Source: Callorhinchus milii (lineage: Eukaryota). Taken from it: a DNA stretch of 64,000 nucleotides. The position numbers and the translations under genes were made by a program. The notes beneath the pieces are model-generated. The model was not told the origin of the DNA. It did no database searches and was given only the letters and a program-made list of their open reading frames with translations. This document shows positions 52,191-64,000 of the stretch, piece after piece (position 1 is the first letter of the stretch; every line of letters begins with the position of its first letter). The stretch is taken from the NCBI RefSeq assembly GCF_018977255.1, contig NW_024704756.1, positions 6,882,001-6,946,000 of the forward strand, in the 5' to 3' direction.

Positions 52191-53879
52191 ATGGTTTGTG
52201 CACTTGAGATCTTTTCATAAATAAGCAGTGAAACTGATTGTATTAGGAAATTACTGGGAATTAACTTGCACTGCATCTATGCAAGACTAAGGTTCATTTT
52301 TTACAATACCATGCTGCACACAAAGACGTCTGTGAGATAGACATTGGAGATAATCTTTCCTGTTAGTATGAGATTGAAAGGAGACAGAAGAGTTCCCTTT
52401 TATTCAGTCATTGCCAGCTCTGTTGCACTGGTAAATGAGATATACCTTTTAAAATGGTATGGATATTCGCATCTTGAACTGTGCAACAATAAGCAGGCAT
52501 TGGTCAATCTGATAAATGGCAGTAATAGAATGGTATTTACAGAATAGGAAACATTTCTGGCTTTCAAATAGCTCTGTTTGTTCATATGAGCTCCTCCGTG
52601 TTGCCTGATAGTCTCTCAGAGCAACACGCATCACAACAGCTCAGTCATTGTGACAGGTAAAGCTTTCTTAATGTTAAAAAGCCTTAATCACCAAACCGGG
52701 TTTAAATCCATGATGATTAGAGCACAAGATTAGTGCCCAGAAGAATAATATCCTTTTCTTTTATTTGTCAAAGACAAATCCCCTGCAAAGTCCCATTGTT
52801 GATGTATGATTCCATGGGCTGTAAATATCGTGTGCAAGTGGCCACTTTTCAGTTGTAAGCTCGACAATGAGAGTCAGCTTGCCATTGACCCAGGAGTGGG
52901 GAATTAAACCCAGGATTAAAAATTCCGCCTGAGTCCACATTTATTCTATTTCCTTAGCATTCCAGGCTGCCCAGTGCCTAACCAGCATCTGATACTCCCA
53001 GAATCAAGTAAACAGAGCGTGTCCCTCTGGGGAGAGTGTGCATTCCAAACAGGAATTTCTACATGGAGGTGGCATACATGGAACTCTCAGTCTGGTTTGC
53101 TTATACATCAGAATGGTAATGGTTTTCCACATGTGTCAGATACAGTTGACCAAAAACAAAAGTGAAACAGATGGGTTTCACTTGTGTCGGTCACTGGTCT
53201 CATTATGTCACATAGAGCTGACTTTGGTACAGTTTTTGTTGGATGCCAATGGAAGCTGCGTTCACAACCAAAGAACAAAAAAGCTTATTCAGTGCAGACT
53301 TAGGAAGTGCACTTTTTTAATCAGTGTCCAGAAATATAAATTGTGCCAAATTTCCTTGTGCTTGGCAGGCAAATGGCATGTTGAGATCTTTTCACTGGAG
53401 CATTGTGCTATTCACAAAGTGCTGGCTGCAAATCACTCTTTAGTAAAATATTATTCCTTGGAGGTGGATATTAGATAGAACCATATCCTGTGATTCTGTT
53501 TCTACTCTGTTGGTTATGGCACTGCATCTTGTTGGCTAGCCAGGTCTCAAGTTAGCTGATTTCAGCTGCATAGTGCTAGGGATATGTTAGATGAAAGGCT
53601 CACATTCTTGTTGAACTCCAACAGTACCCCAGCACACACCCTGAGCTTCCCAAGCCTTGGCTTCAAGTTGTTGGGATGTGGAATGCCTTTCCTGGAACCG
53701 TGGTTGAGCCAGGCTTTGGACCCTGAGATTAAATTACCCAAAATGTCCAGAACACATCATCCCATTTCATCGTTTGGAAACAGAAAGATAAAAGACAGGT
53801 CAACGTGGGGAAGGTGAAATGCCCAGGTGATCAGGCTGCAGCGATGTCAGTTCCATGAACTGATATAGGCAGCGTTCTG

Positions 53880-54102
53880 ATGACCCAAAACTCTGAAACA
53901 CTCTCCCTCAATCTCTCCGCCTTGCCCCCTCTCTCCCCTTTTTCAAGTCCGCCTGAAAATCTTCCTCTTCGACCGTGCTTACGGCCACCTCTGTCCTACC
54001 CACCCCTCCCTCCCCACTGGCTCGGAGTCAGGCTCTGCCACTGTTAAGTGCTCTGAGATGCTACTTTGCGTGGAGGGTACTTTGCAAGTTGTTGTTGTTG
54101 TT
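53880..54102 (+). mobile_element. Second L2 family, 3' fragment
   Basis: Similar to 40850-41000 and ends GCAAGTTGTTGTTGTTG. Confidence 0.82.
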
Positions 54103-56612
54103 GACCCATAATGCTATTGGAATTTTATAATCCCCTCATTACCGCATAAGTTATCACTAGCCCATGGCACATCGCTCCACTGCTGTTGTTTCAGAGAACA
54201 CAGGCAGAATAGGTCGAACGGCCTTCTTCTCTGCTGTAAATTTCTATGGTTCGCTGAGTAATCTTGTCAGAGTTTTGAGTTCATTAGTACTTTTAAATAA
54301 TTGTTTTATTTTACCAAGTTTTCCCTGGCACTGCCAAGGCTGGGCTGCCATTTTTTGAATCAGCCCTGTAAGCAGTTAAACTGCCTGACTGCAGAATGAC
54401 ACAGAGCTACGTCATTATTTTTTTTCATAAAGTTATTTTGGAGGAATAAATGACCCTGCCTCCATAAAATGTTCGTATAAGCATTCCAGTGATTCTCTCA
54501 GTTAAGCAGGTTTTCGATAGATTTATTGGCATATATCTTCTTTAACCACCACACTCCGAATACTGTAACAGTATAATATTTCCATTTCACACATCAGCCA
54601 TCCTTACGGTCCCTCTGAGTAAGATTGCTAATTTAGTGTCAATTAGCTCTGAACTGTGAGCGCTTTTGTACTGCTGGTCTGCACCCACTGGGAATTGGTT
54701 GACACTGCTCAAACCTATTTCATTAAGGACTCATACAGCTATCCGAACAAGACTCTCATCCTTTAAATACAGTCGGCATTTCATCCCAGAGGTGGAAACG
54801 GCGTTCCAACCCAGTGCATCACCAGTCTCAGAAATTTGTTAAACCCTCAAACTTGCTGCAGTTATTAATAAACCTTCAAAAAAAGGTAAATACGCATGAG
54901 CTTTATTTTGCCTTGAACTGAAAGTGTAATTTCACTTCCAAAGGCAGATATACTGTGTACATATGCAATGTGTGTCTTTGTGCGTGTGAGGGGGGGCATA
55001 AAAAGTCTCTTGCGGTGTTTCAGAAGTGTGTAAGGTTGAGCATGAGTTAGTTTCAATTTGGTTAGAATTAAGCTGGACTATGTCAATTAGCTAGGAAGTA
55101 AGGACAACCAAATTCAACTGCTTCTCTACACCAAATTAGCACATGCAGATGAGCTGGATTTGAACAGTGTCTGTACCAGTCAGATTCATTCAGGTTCAGA
55201 ATCGTTGAGTTTACCGTTGCATGTGGTTAGATAACATTTTAGTCTTGTGCCAATCTACGGTGTAATTGGACCAAGATGATTTCCACACTTGATCTGAAAT
55301 CTATTCTGACACTGCATAGGGTGCGGTTTGAATTAAGATTCACCTTGAATTGACTTTAATAAAGCACTAATTATATTTTATTTTTAAATCTGCATCAGCG
55401 GCCTTGGGATGTGTGCAGTGATAGATATATTGCTGTTTCTTTAATAATGTTTCAAAACTCTTTCTTCAAAAAAATGCATCTGGTTTTCTTCATCAGACAG
55501 AAGGATTGATTTGCTGAAATCAAATAGTATTATCTGCAGCAAGTGACAGATATTTTTCAACATTTCCAAATTATTTGCCAGAAATTCATTTAGAATAAAT
55601 CAAGAAGAACTACTTTCGAATAGTTTAAAAGTATTTTTTTTAGAAAAACATCTTATTATTTCTGGAATTATTCCCAGACTTGTGTCCATGTAAGGTTGAA
55701 ATTCAAAAGGCTTACAAGACCCTTTGTTTAGTTTCAAATAATAATTGTTCGCAATTTAAAATCAAAAGTTTTTTTAAAAAAGTGACACCCATCTCCCCCC
55801 TTTAACTCCTCTCTGCTCTGATCTAATGAACTGGTGGAACAGTCTTGATGGTCTCCTTCTGTTCCTGTGTCCCTAGACTGTACTTAACGAGCTGCAAATA
55901 AGTGAAGTCCTCTCTCTTATAAAAGGCTTTACCCTTCTAATCACCTTGCGATATAATGCATGCATCGTGTTACTTGAAAATGAAAGCCTTGAGTTCATTT
56001 TTAGGATTTAGTTTTGATGTCGAACAACAGAATGTTCTCTCCTGTTTGACCCCACCAGAACCTTGCACAAATTATGCATTAAGGTTATATCAGTTCCCTT
56101 GGCAGTGTTTTTTTTTATTTCAGTGTTCTTACATTTTGCTTCGTGCTCTGATTCCCTTCTCATCCATTTTAATTTGATGCTGCTTAACCAAGCTTTCCAG
56201 AACCTCCAAGCATTTTTCCAATTTATTGCGATTATCCTTGACATCAGACTGTCTGCTGGAGCATCCTAATCGTGGAAAATGCTTCATCAATCCTTTTTTC
56301 CCCCAATGTGTTTTAGTATTGAGCAGATTATGTTGAGCTTTTAATTTGTGATTCCAAGACAAGAGCCACTGTCTGAGTCTATCATTGATTTCTCTTGCAA
56401 GTCTTCTCCAGGTGTCAGGAAAGCTTGACCCAGTGTCACCACTGGACACCTCTGTATTGCCTTTTCCTCAGTTTGTAAATGTATTGATATTTTGGGCTGT
56501 TTCTTTGCTAGATTGCATTAGAAAAAAAGAAATCAAAATAGAAGATATATAGATTAAAAAAGATTACTTTTTTTTCACAGAGGGAAGTACATCAGTTTAC
56601 AGCGGTTTATGT

Positions 56613-56960
56613 GGAGTCCTGTGGCTTAGTGGTTAGAGCACTCGCCTCGTAAATGAGAAGACTTGGGTTTGATTCCCAGGCAAGGCAAAACATTGAGCAA
56701 GTTTTCATACTTCACACGCCTCTGTTTACCTAGCAGTAAATAGGAACCCAGTTGTTAGTCGATTGATGGATTGCTTTTCCTGGTGTAATAATCCCTTCAA
56801 AAAAAAAATAATAATAACTTGTTCACTCAATCCACGACTGTTTGTGGGACACCGCTCTGCGCAATTGGCTGATGCGTTTCACCCACAAAATATACAGTCA
56901 ATTCACTTTACAGTATATTCCCTGAAGAGCTTAGAGACGTCTCAAAGTCGTGATAAGGCT
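56613..56960 (+). mobile_element. tRNA-derived SINE, long form, tail missing
   Basis: GGAGTCCTGTGGCTTAGTGGTTAGAGCACTCG head and long-form body, ending at GATAAGGCT. Confidence 0.9.
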
Positions 56961-59594
56961 CAGTCTTCTGGACAAGTTCAGCTTCACAGTAACATTACCA
57001 GAAGATTAAACATGAATTGAACATTAGACTCCAGACATTTGAAACGGAGACTAGGCAGAAAATACTCTATAGATTAGAAACAGGAATTGGTGAAAAAATC
57101 ATTTCTGTAACTGATATGATAAAGCAGAACTGTCAATTCATCTGAATAGAACTTATTTAACAATGTTCTTTTATTAGAAAAGAAAGCAATTATGAGAGAA
57201 GAGTAGGGCATGTAACAACCTTGCATGGGTTTGATAATGTTTGACTGCGGGAGATTTGCAAAATTCACTTTGTGTCTTTTTTAAAAAAAATTCTACCCCC
57301 TTTCATAGTTTAATGCAGGTGTTACATTTAGCTTTAATGTTCAGTTCAATACATTTCATTGTAATGTATATTTGTGGGTCAGCAGTACAGTTATTGAAAG
57401 AGAAAGTAAATGCTTCCATACACAGTCTCTAGAGGGCAGCCCAACCATGCAAAGTAGAAGTGAAGTGGTTAAATGGTAAATTAGACTTATTAAAACCTAG
57501 ACAAATCGCCTAGAAAAAGCATACAGTCATAGTACTTTACAATATATCCTGTGAAGCGCTTTGAGTCACCTCGACGATGTGACAAGGTGCTGTGTCAAAT
57601 GCAAGGATTATTTATTGGAAACTGCTGATTTTCAATGTATAAAGAAGAATATTGCAGCATTACTTTAACTTTTGTTCCAAATAACATATCTGCCTTAAAT
57701 CTAGCAATTTAGTTCATACATCATAAGTTGTCATCTTCACCCTGTGAATTTCATTGTAATATTGACATTGTGCAGTGTAACAATCAGGTCAAAGCCTGTC
57801 CTTGATTTCACTTGTATATAAATGTCAGATGTATGTAAGGGTCACTGCACATGAACTGTGATATCATTACAAACCTACCTTGCTTGTCATATGAGTAATT
57901 AGTACAAACAGGTTGAACCGTGGCTTGAACCATTTCCTTTACTGATGTTCACAGCGTTCCAGTGTGAAGAGAAAATAAAATGTGAAGGTAGATTCACAGT
58001 TTAGTCCCAAGCACAATGACACATCGAAATAGTGACAGATAGAACTAGTAACACATTTGCTCTCTGAAGGGGTTATTGGAATGCACCACCTGAGGTTTTT
58101 AAAGGCAATCTATATATTGCTCAGAGATTATGTGAACAAGCCTGACAAAAATCCAGACAAAATAAATCCATAATGATCTTACAAGTTTGAGTCAATGTGA
58201 ATACATGGATTGGGAGAAATCACTACTTGTTCAAATCCTATACACAGGAGTGACTACAATTCCGCCTCAGACTTACTTTTTTCTTCCACACAAACAGTTG
58301 GTCTTTGAAATCTAACAAACCTTAATGATACAGAATAGCCCAGTTTAGGAAGTAATTCAAGGAGGTTGCTCATTACTTCGTCATGAAAACAAATCAATAC
58401 TTGCTGACAATATTACTACTGTGTTAAGAGATAGGAGGACCAAGGTAAATTGTTTGCCTGTCTTTATAAAACGTAAAAACAAAAATGTATTTTCTTAAAG
58501 TAATAGTTCAAGTTGCTGCATTTGCAGGAGTTCAATACTTAAAAATGGTTCCTTTCATTTGACTTCTAACTTATCTGAAACAATTCTGTGATAAGTAATG
58601 TGTGAGGTGAGATGATCTTTTAGACACTTTCATTTATTGGCAATATAAAAAATGTTGAATGAAGATTCACCCCCCCACCACTATACAGGCCTAGGTTTTA
58701 TGTCAAAGATTTTCATTACAGACCCCCTAATTTTCATAACTCTGTAATCACACTTTCAGCTTCATTTCAATTTCAAAACACAAATGAACTGAAATATCTG
58801 CATTAAAATGTGTTATTGAAAACAGCAGCATCTCTCGTTAAAACCCTCCTGATTTAGCACAGTGCTAACTTCACAATCCAGATGCCACAGAAAGTTTAAA
58901 GCTGCAAAGGCTTCAGTTGTTACAAGTTTCATCAGATTGAGGCTGCTTTCTCAGAATATTTCAGTAAGGATTATGAAATAAGCCTTGCCTCCTCTAGATA
59001 TTTGCCTCTAGTTGACCAACGTTAGACCACTTACAGTAGCATCCAGGGAGAAATTTGTGTTCCTAATGGCTTTACCATTCTGACTAAGAGATTTACATTT
59101 ATATTTGTGTCAGATCTAAGCAAAGCTGATAGTAAATAGTGATAGTGAAAAGACCAATCTGGATCTGCCAGGGAAAAGCCACTCAAAGGTGGCTCATGTA
59201 CCTATTAGAGAGCAGTACAGCACCTAAGGCCTCAGCAGAAAATCCTTCTAAACAAAGATGATCCAAGTTCTGTGTTTGTTTCTCTGTGGAGAAAGTACAG
59301 AATCGTGAAATGAGGAGTATTTGTAATAAGGAAAGCTGATTTAAAAATCAACCCCAGAGTCATACAAACATGAGGAAGAATACCTAGTTGTAAGCATTGA
59401 TGTCCAGGAGATGATACCTGTATTTATCTGAGACATGGAGTACCAGATGTGACCATATTGTCAATTCCTGTTCTGTTCATGTTGTTCCTTTGCACCACCT
59501 CAACCACCACGCCCCAAGCTTCTGGTACTTCTTGTATCAATCACTCTTCCTCTTTATCTAACTTTACATCCCACCTTACCTCCCAAATACTTAC

Positions 59595-59745
59595 CTCTTT
59601 GACAGTGACTATAGTCACCTCCCCCTCTCCCTTCTTCCGAGTCCAATCTCATCCCTGTGTGGCACTCCAAGACACTATCCTACATGAAGTGTGCTATATA
59701 AGTGGTATTTTAAAAAAGATATGTATGTGCAAGTTATTGTTGTTG
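59595..59745 (+). mobile_element. Degraded L2 3' end (second family)
   Basis: Ends TGCAAGTTATTGTTGTTG and is loosely similar to 53960-54100. Confidence 0.55.
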
Positions 59746-60859
59746 TACCTGACGAAGCCACGCTAACAATCTAACAATATGAAATTCGTGAAAATAATTA
59801 GCATTGCACAAAGAAATCTCAAAAGGCTTGGTGCAATATTCGTGCAATTTATAATCACAATGCCCCTCAGGTTCAGTTCATGTTTGGAATGAGTTGTTCA
59901 AAGGAAATTGCACTGAGTTTCAATGTCTGCATTGGACTGTCAGAACAATGGTTTAAATTTTCTAAGTGGCAATGTACCTTTTACCCACTGCATTATGTTC
60001 ATATTGTGCCTCTTTCATACTGCAATATCAAGTATGCCAATACAATTGCAATTTCATAGCCGAAAACTGCATCAGCCCAATTTCTGGCACTTTCTACTAT
60101 GACATTAATAGAGTGGAATAATGCACAATGAATGCAGCATGCTTTCAACCATCATAGTGCCCAGAATAAGGCCTATTGAAACCCATCAATAAAAATAATC
60201 CAGACCCCATCTTGAAAGAAAAAAGGAATAAATGAAAGGTGTTTTTGGAGTACAATGTCCATTGTAATGATCGCATGGAAATTTGAATGCAGTTTTTTGT
60301 CAATCAATTACTTTTTCTAGATGAGTGTCTCCAATTGTTAAGTGTGCTCAGACCATGTTCCATTCAGTAATCTTGAGTATTGGGAGCACATCCTGAGGAG
60401 CTGTGGAAATGAGCATTTTTTGTAACTTCGGAAGCAAACTTCATTGTACATCTCATGCTCTCTTTTTGCATAATGATGCGATTCTTCAACTTTATGCCGT
60501 GCGTAATGCTTGAACTGTATTCCTATTAATCTGTAACCATAGTGTGTAGTCACTGAAACATTCAGAAGAACTTGTGAGCCATTGTGAGTCTCATCCTCTT
60601 ACAGAACTAGCAGAAAAAGGCCTGAATGTTGGGTTTGAGCCAGAAGATGGGTTGGCTTCCTGAGCAAAGGGTTGGAGTGCTACAAAAAGTGAGTAACAGT
60701 GAACAATATTCTGTGTAGCATTGGCAGGAATAATTTCAGTCACAGAATTTTATCATGTGCTTTTGGTCAAACCGAGTTTAGTATGCATTGAACAGCCCTT
60801 ATCCACCAGCTGAGCTGCCACTTTAAAGAATGCCAGTACATTTCTGAGGCAGGTGCCTG

Positions 60860-61517
60860 TGTTGGAAAATAAAATCAGCCAAATCTGCAAGGAAATAACG
60901 CTAATTCCTCTAACCAGATATCAGACTGTTTTATTATAATTCGTTCGTTATTCCCCAATATCCCGATGGGTCAGACCAAAGGCCGGTACAATCAACAGAT
61001 CTTATAACAGAACAACACCACTATAGATATTTCGACTTCAAGAGTTCAACACTGTGTCTTTCCAGCACACAAGCTTGATTCTTCATGCTTTCAGTCTTCT
61101 TGCTTACAGCTTTCAATCTTCCATCTGATATCCTCAGTCTTAGTGTTTCCAGCTCTCAGTCTTCCATCTCTGTATCCTTGTCTCCACGACCCGGGACGGC
61201 TCCATCTCCCGTATCCTTGTCTCCGCGACCCGGGACGGCCCCGTACACAAAGTTATCGGAACTCTTATACCAATATTCATCCAATCATGGTGTGGATATT
61301 AGATCACCCGGTCGAAATCATGCTGGGTTCACGTGAACACCTCATGGGGTGTACGTGCCTCACACACACAAACACACTGTCCTTGAGACAGTCCGTTATC
61401 TCGTGTTCGTGTAGGGAGTTTCAGTCCCGCTGCCCACAACACACTTAACTTAAAAGTTAACCCGTTCGCAACATCTATTATGATTCTAACATTATACAAA
61501 AAGTGTAAATTCTAACA
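60860..61517 (-). repeat. 3' LTR (658 bp, full length)
   Basis: Minus strand starts TGTTAGAATT and ends TTCCAACA. Minus-strand AATAAA at 60930-60935. A 38/39-bp tandem duplication lies at 61163-61239. Confidence 0.9.
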
Positions 61518-61528
61518 GTCCCCACCTT
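61518..61528 (-). other. Polypurine tract
   Basis: Minus strand AAGGTGGGGAC directly abuts the TG of the 3' LTR. Confidence 0.85.
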
Positions 61529-62098
61529 GATACCGAATGAACATGAGGTATCACAAAATAACAAAAAAATACAAAATCAGAAAAATACTACAAGGTTACA
61601 CAACCTGATAGTACAAAAAGACAGATGATACAAAGTCAGAAAAATAGTACAAGGTCACACAACCTGGGAGGGAGGATGGTACTTCCAGGAGGCAAACTCT
61701 CTTAATGAGCTTTCTCTCGAGTTTCACAGCTCAGTCGTAACCAACAGGTTATTTCCAGCGACCACAGCCATAATTACTGTCGGTCCCGGTCCCTCTCCTT
61801 ACCCAGAGGTAATAGGGGATTTCCCACTGACTGTTCGAACGCCCGAAAGTTACTCCATCACTTACGCAATTTCCACATCGACACACAATATATCAACATA
61901 TTCGAATGTCGTTCACACACACATCAGCGCACTTAAATGCCTGGTGCGATCGCCAGCGTACTCAAATGCCTGACAAGGAGACAATCACAAACTTCCTAGG
62001 TAATATAGTCAAATATTCAGCTTTAAAAACAATCAGACATGCAACATCATTAAACGTTCGTCAAGGCTTGATTGTACCTCCCTTGTCTGTTTACTGGG

Positions 62099-62118
62099 GA
62101 ATCCTGCCGACTACGCCA
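62099..62118 (-). other. Primer-binding site complementary to tRNA-Ser 3' end
   Basis: Plus strand reads GAATCCTGCCGACTACGCCA, the 3' end of vertebrate tRNA-Ser(AGA/TGA) plus CCA. It sits 4 nt from the 5' LTR. Confidence 0.92.
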
Positions 62119-62122
62119 AATC

Positions 62123-62258
62123 TGTTAGAAAATAAAATCAGCCAAATCTGTTAGGAAATAACGCTAATTCCTCTAACCAGATATCAGACTGTTTTATTAT
62201 AATTTGTTCGTTATTCCCCAATATCCCGATGGGTCAGACCAAAGTGTAAATTCTAACA
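62123..62258 (-). repeat. 5' LTR with 522-bp internal deletion (136 bp left)
   Basis: Matches 60860-60981 joined to 61504-61517 at an AAAG microhomology, with 4 mismatches over 136 bp by manual comparison. Confidence 0.9.
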
Positions 62259-63204
62259 CCTGTTTGCTTCTAAAGGTTTGCAGACTGACCTGATGCCCTC
62301 TGCTCTGTTTTACAATTGACTTGTTTATGACTTCCAATCTATTTTGATGTTAGTTTATTTTGACTTCCTTATTCAGTTGCTATCGTTTGGGCCTCATTAA
62401 TTTTCCTTTTAGTGTAAGAGTATAGATATGTACTTCAAACAAAAAAAGTCTCCACTCTCAGAATGCTGGCAGCACAGTCTTCACTTTCCAAGTTGGATGT
62501 TATTTCAGTAAAGTTTTTCTACAATTGAATCCTTAGCATAAAATTCTAAACTTAACTGCACAACCTGTATATGTTTCTGTCATAGGCTGTAGGTGTGGAC
62601 ATATTTGTATTCTAACTCCATCTGAAAAAAAAGAAAATGTTTTTCTTATAATGGCAGGAAAAAACATCAAGCCGGTCATTCAGTAAATCACTCACTCACC
62701 TGCCTCAGTCAATCACTAACCAGTTATTTTTCTATCTTAAAAAAAGGCAATTCATCCTGACGTATGGTCTCTTCAGAGCTGGACTGCTGGGCTCCTTTTC
62801 ACTGTCAGATCCTTTATCATCTCTCCAGTCAAAATCCATTCAACATTTTCACAGTGGGGGAGAATATCAATGTAAAATTCAGGCTACTTATTGACCCAAA
62901 AATCTGTGCTGAAACTGGAGGGGTTTGTCAGCCAAATGAAAAGTGCCCTATCAAAGTTTGAATGATTGCAATCAAAAGAATTGGGTCAGATCATATCATC
63001 TGCATTTTCAGTTGCCAAAAGAAGATAAATCTCAGAAAGCAAATGCATACACTCCTGACCAGTATTGCTAAAGCATTGGTGCTCAGAGGGGAAATTGATT
63101 TCCATTCAACTTGTTTTGTTTTGTGCTGTCACCCACTTCCTTGAACTTTTCTATTGCCCCTAAAGTTTACTCTATGCACATCTGTGCACAAAGTCTTCAC
63201 GTCA

Positions 63205-63556
63205 GGATTTTGAACTTACAGTCTAGTCTGGCACTTCAGTGCAGTGTTGGGAAAGTGCTGCATTGACAGAGGTGCCGTCCTTCACGTGAGACATTAAACT
63301 GAGGTCCCATCTGCCTGTTCAGGTGGACATTAACAAGCCCATGTCACAATTTGAAAAAAGGTGTCTTGGCCAACAATCCCCCAGATAAAATTGTTTTTTC
63401 ACATCATGGCTATTTGCAGGACATTGCTGTGCGCAAATTGTTTACCTCGTTCGACCACAAATGCATAGTCATTACTCTCTACAGTAAATCCTGTGAAGCA
63501 CTTTGAGACATCTCAACGACATGGTAAGGGGCTATACTAAATGGAAGAATTATTAT
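63205..63556 (+). mobile_element. Older Deu-type SINE
   Basis: GCATTGACAGAGGTGCCGTCCTTCACGTGAGACATTAAACTGAGG plus tail. Confidence 0.83.
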
Positions 63557-64000
63557 CTAGCTCACATATATCATTCTTGGTCATAGCTTTTATTGCTGTA
63601 TCAAATCTAATTGGCTAATCTAATTGATCACTGAAAATCAAGTGTTCAGCTAGTTCCTAATACTTTCTGCTGGATACTAAATTTACATTAAAATACATCC
63701 ACTTACCTTACATTTCGAGCTAAATTCTACATTACAATATCTACAAATTTGTTTTGACTGCCCTTCATTTGTTATTAACTTTTGACCCTGTATTAAGTAA
63801 TTAGCCCGTTTCCATATATTATACCAAAATAACAGTGTTGAGTGTTTCTAAGATAGTAAGTCATTCAAGTTTGTGATTATGTCAAAGAAAATCTACTCAA
63901 TTATTAATTATGATCTCCATTGTGACCTGAACCATTTTATGTTTTACTATCGTGTAACATACCTTGTAACGTGCTGTAGACTGCATGTTTTCTATGTTTA

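Larger units (their letters stand above)
60860..62258 (-). mobile_element. Non-autonomous LTR retroelement (ERV/Gypsy-like, TRIM-like architecture) with tRNA-Ser PBS
   Basis: Two direct TG...CA repeats at 60860-61517 and 62123-62258. CCTG flanks both sides (60856-60859, 62259-62262). PBS and PPT lie in the expected minus-strand positions. The 605-bp interior has no gag/pol-like ORF. Confidence 0.93.

Noticed and set aside
62099-62118. tRNA-Ser gene fragment
   Set aside because: Only the 3' 20 nt are present, including an encoded CCA, next to an LTR. This is a PBS.
62720-62840. Minus-strand MDFDWRDDKGSDSEKEPSSPALKRP peptide near a CAG|GTGAGT donor
   Set aside because: An in-frame stop precedes the donor, and I recognise no homologue.

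Overview
AT-rich, repeat-dense eukaryotic non-coding DNA (intron or intergenic). The repeat repertoire suggests a cartilaginous fish, possibly a chimaera; this is inference, not proven. I could not identify any host protein-coding exon, and the only recognisable protein sequences are dead retrotransposon ORFs. The window holds 5'-truncated L2 LINEs of two 3'-end types, many tRNA-headed and Deu-type SINEs that share the L2 3' stem-loop, CR1 3' fragments, Penelope-like elements with RT/GIY-YIG remnants and miniature hammerhead ribozyme motifs, a probable decayed RTE-like LINE, and old palindromic MITE-like repeats. It also holds a young non-autonomous LTR element (60860-62258, minus strand) with a CCTG target duplication, a perfect tRNA-Ser primer-binding site, a PPT and an internally deleted 5' LTR. 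Several locally generated hairpins occur at 12393-12547, 20307-20389, 26997-27059 and 7529-7557. Candidate conserved non-coding blocks lie mainly at 45-55 kb. Coordinates of old repeats are approximate and were judged by eye.
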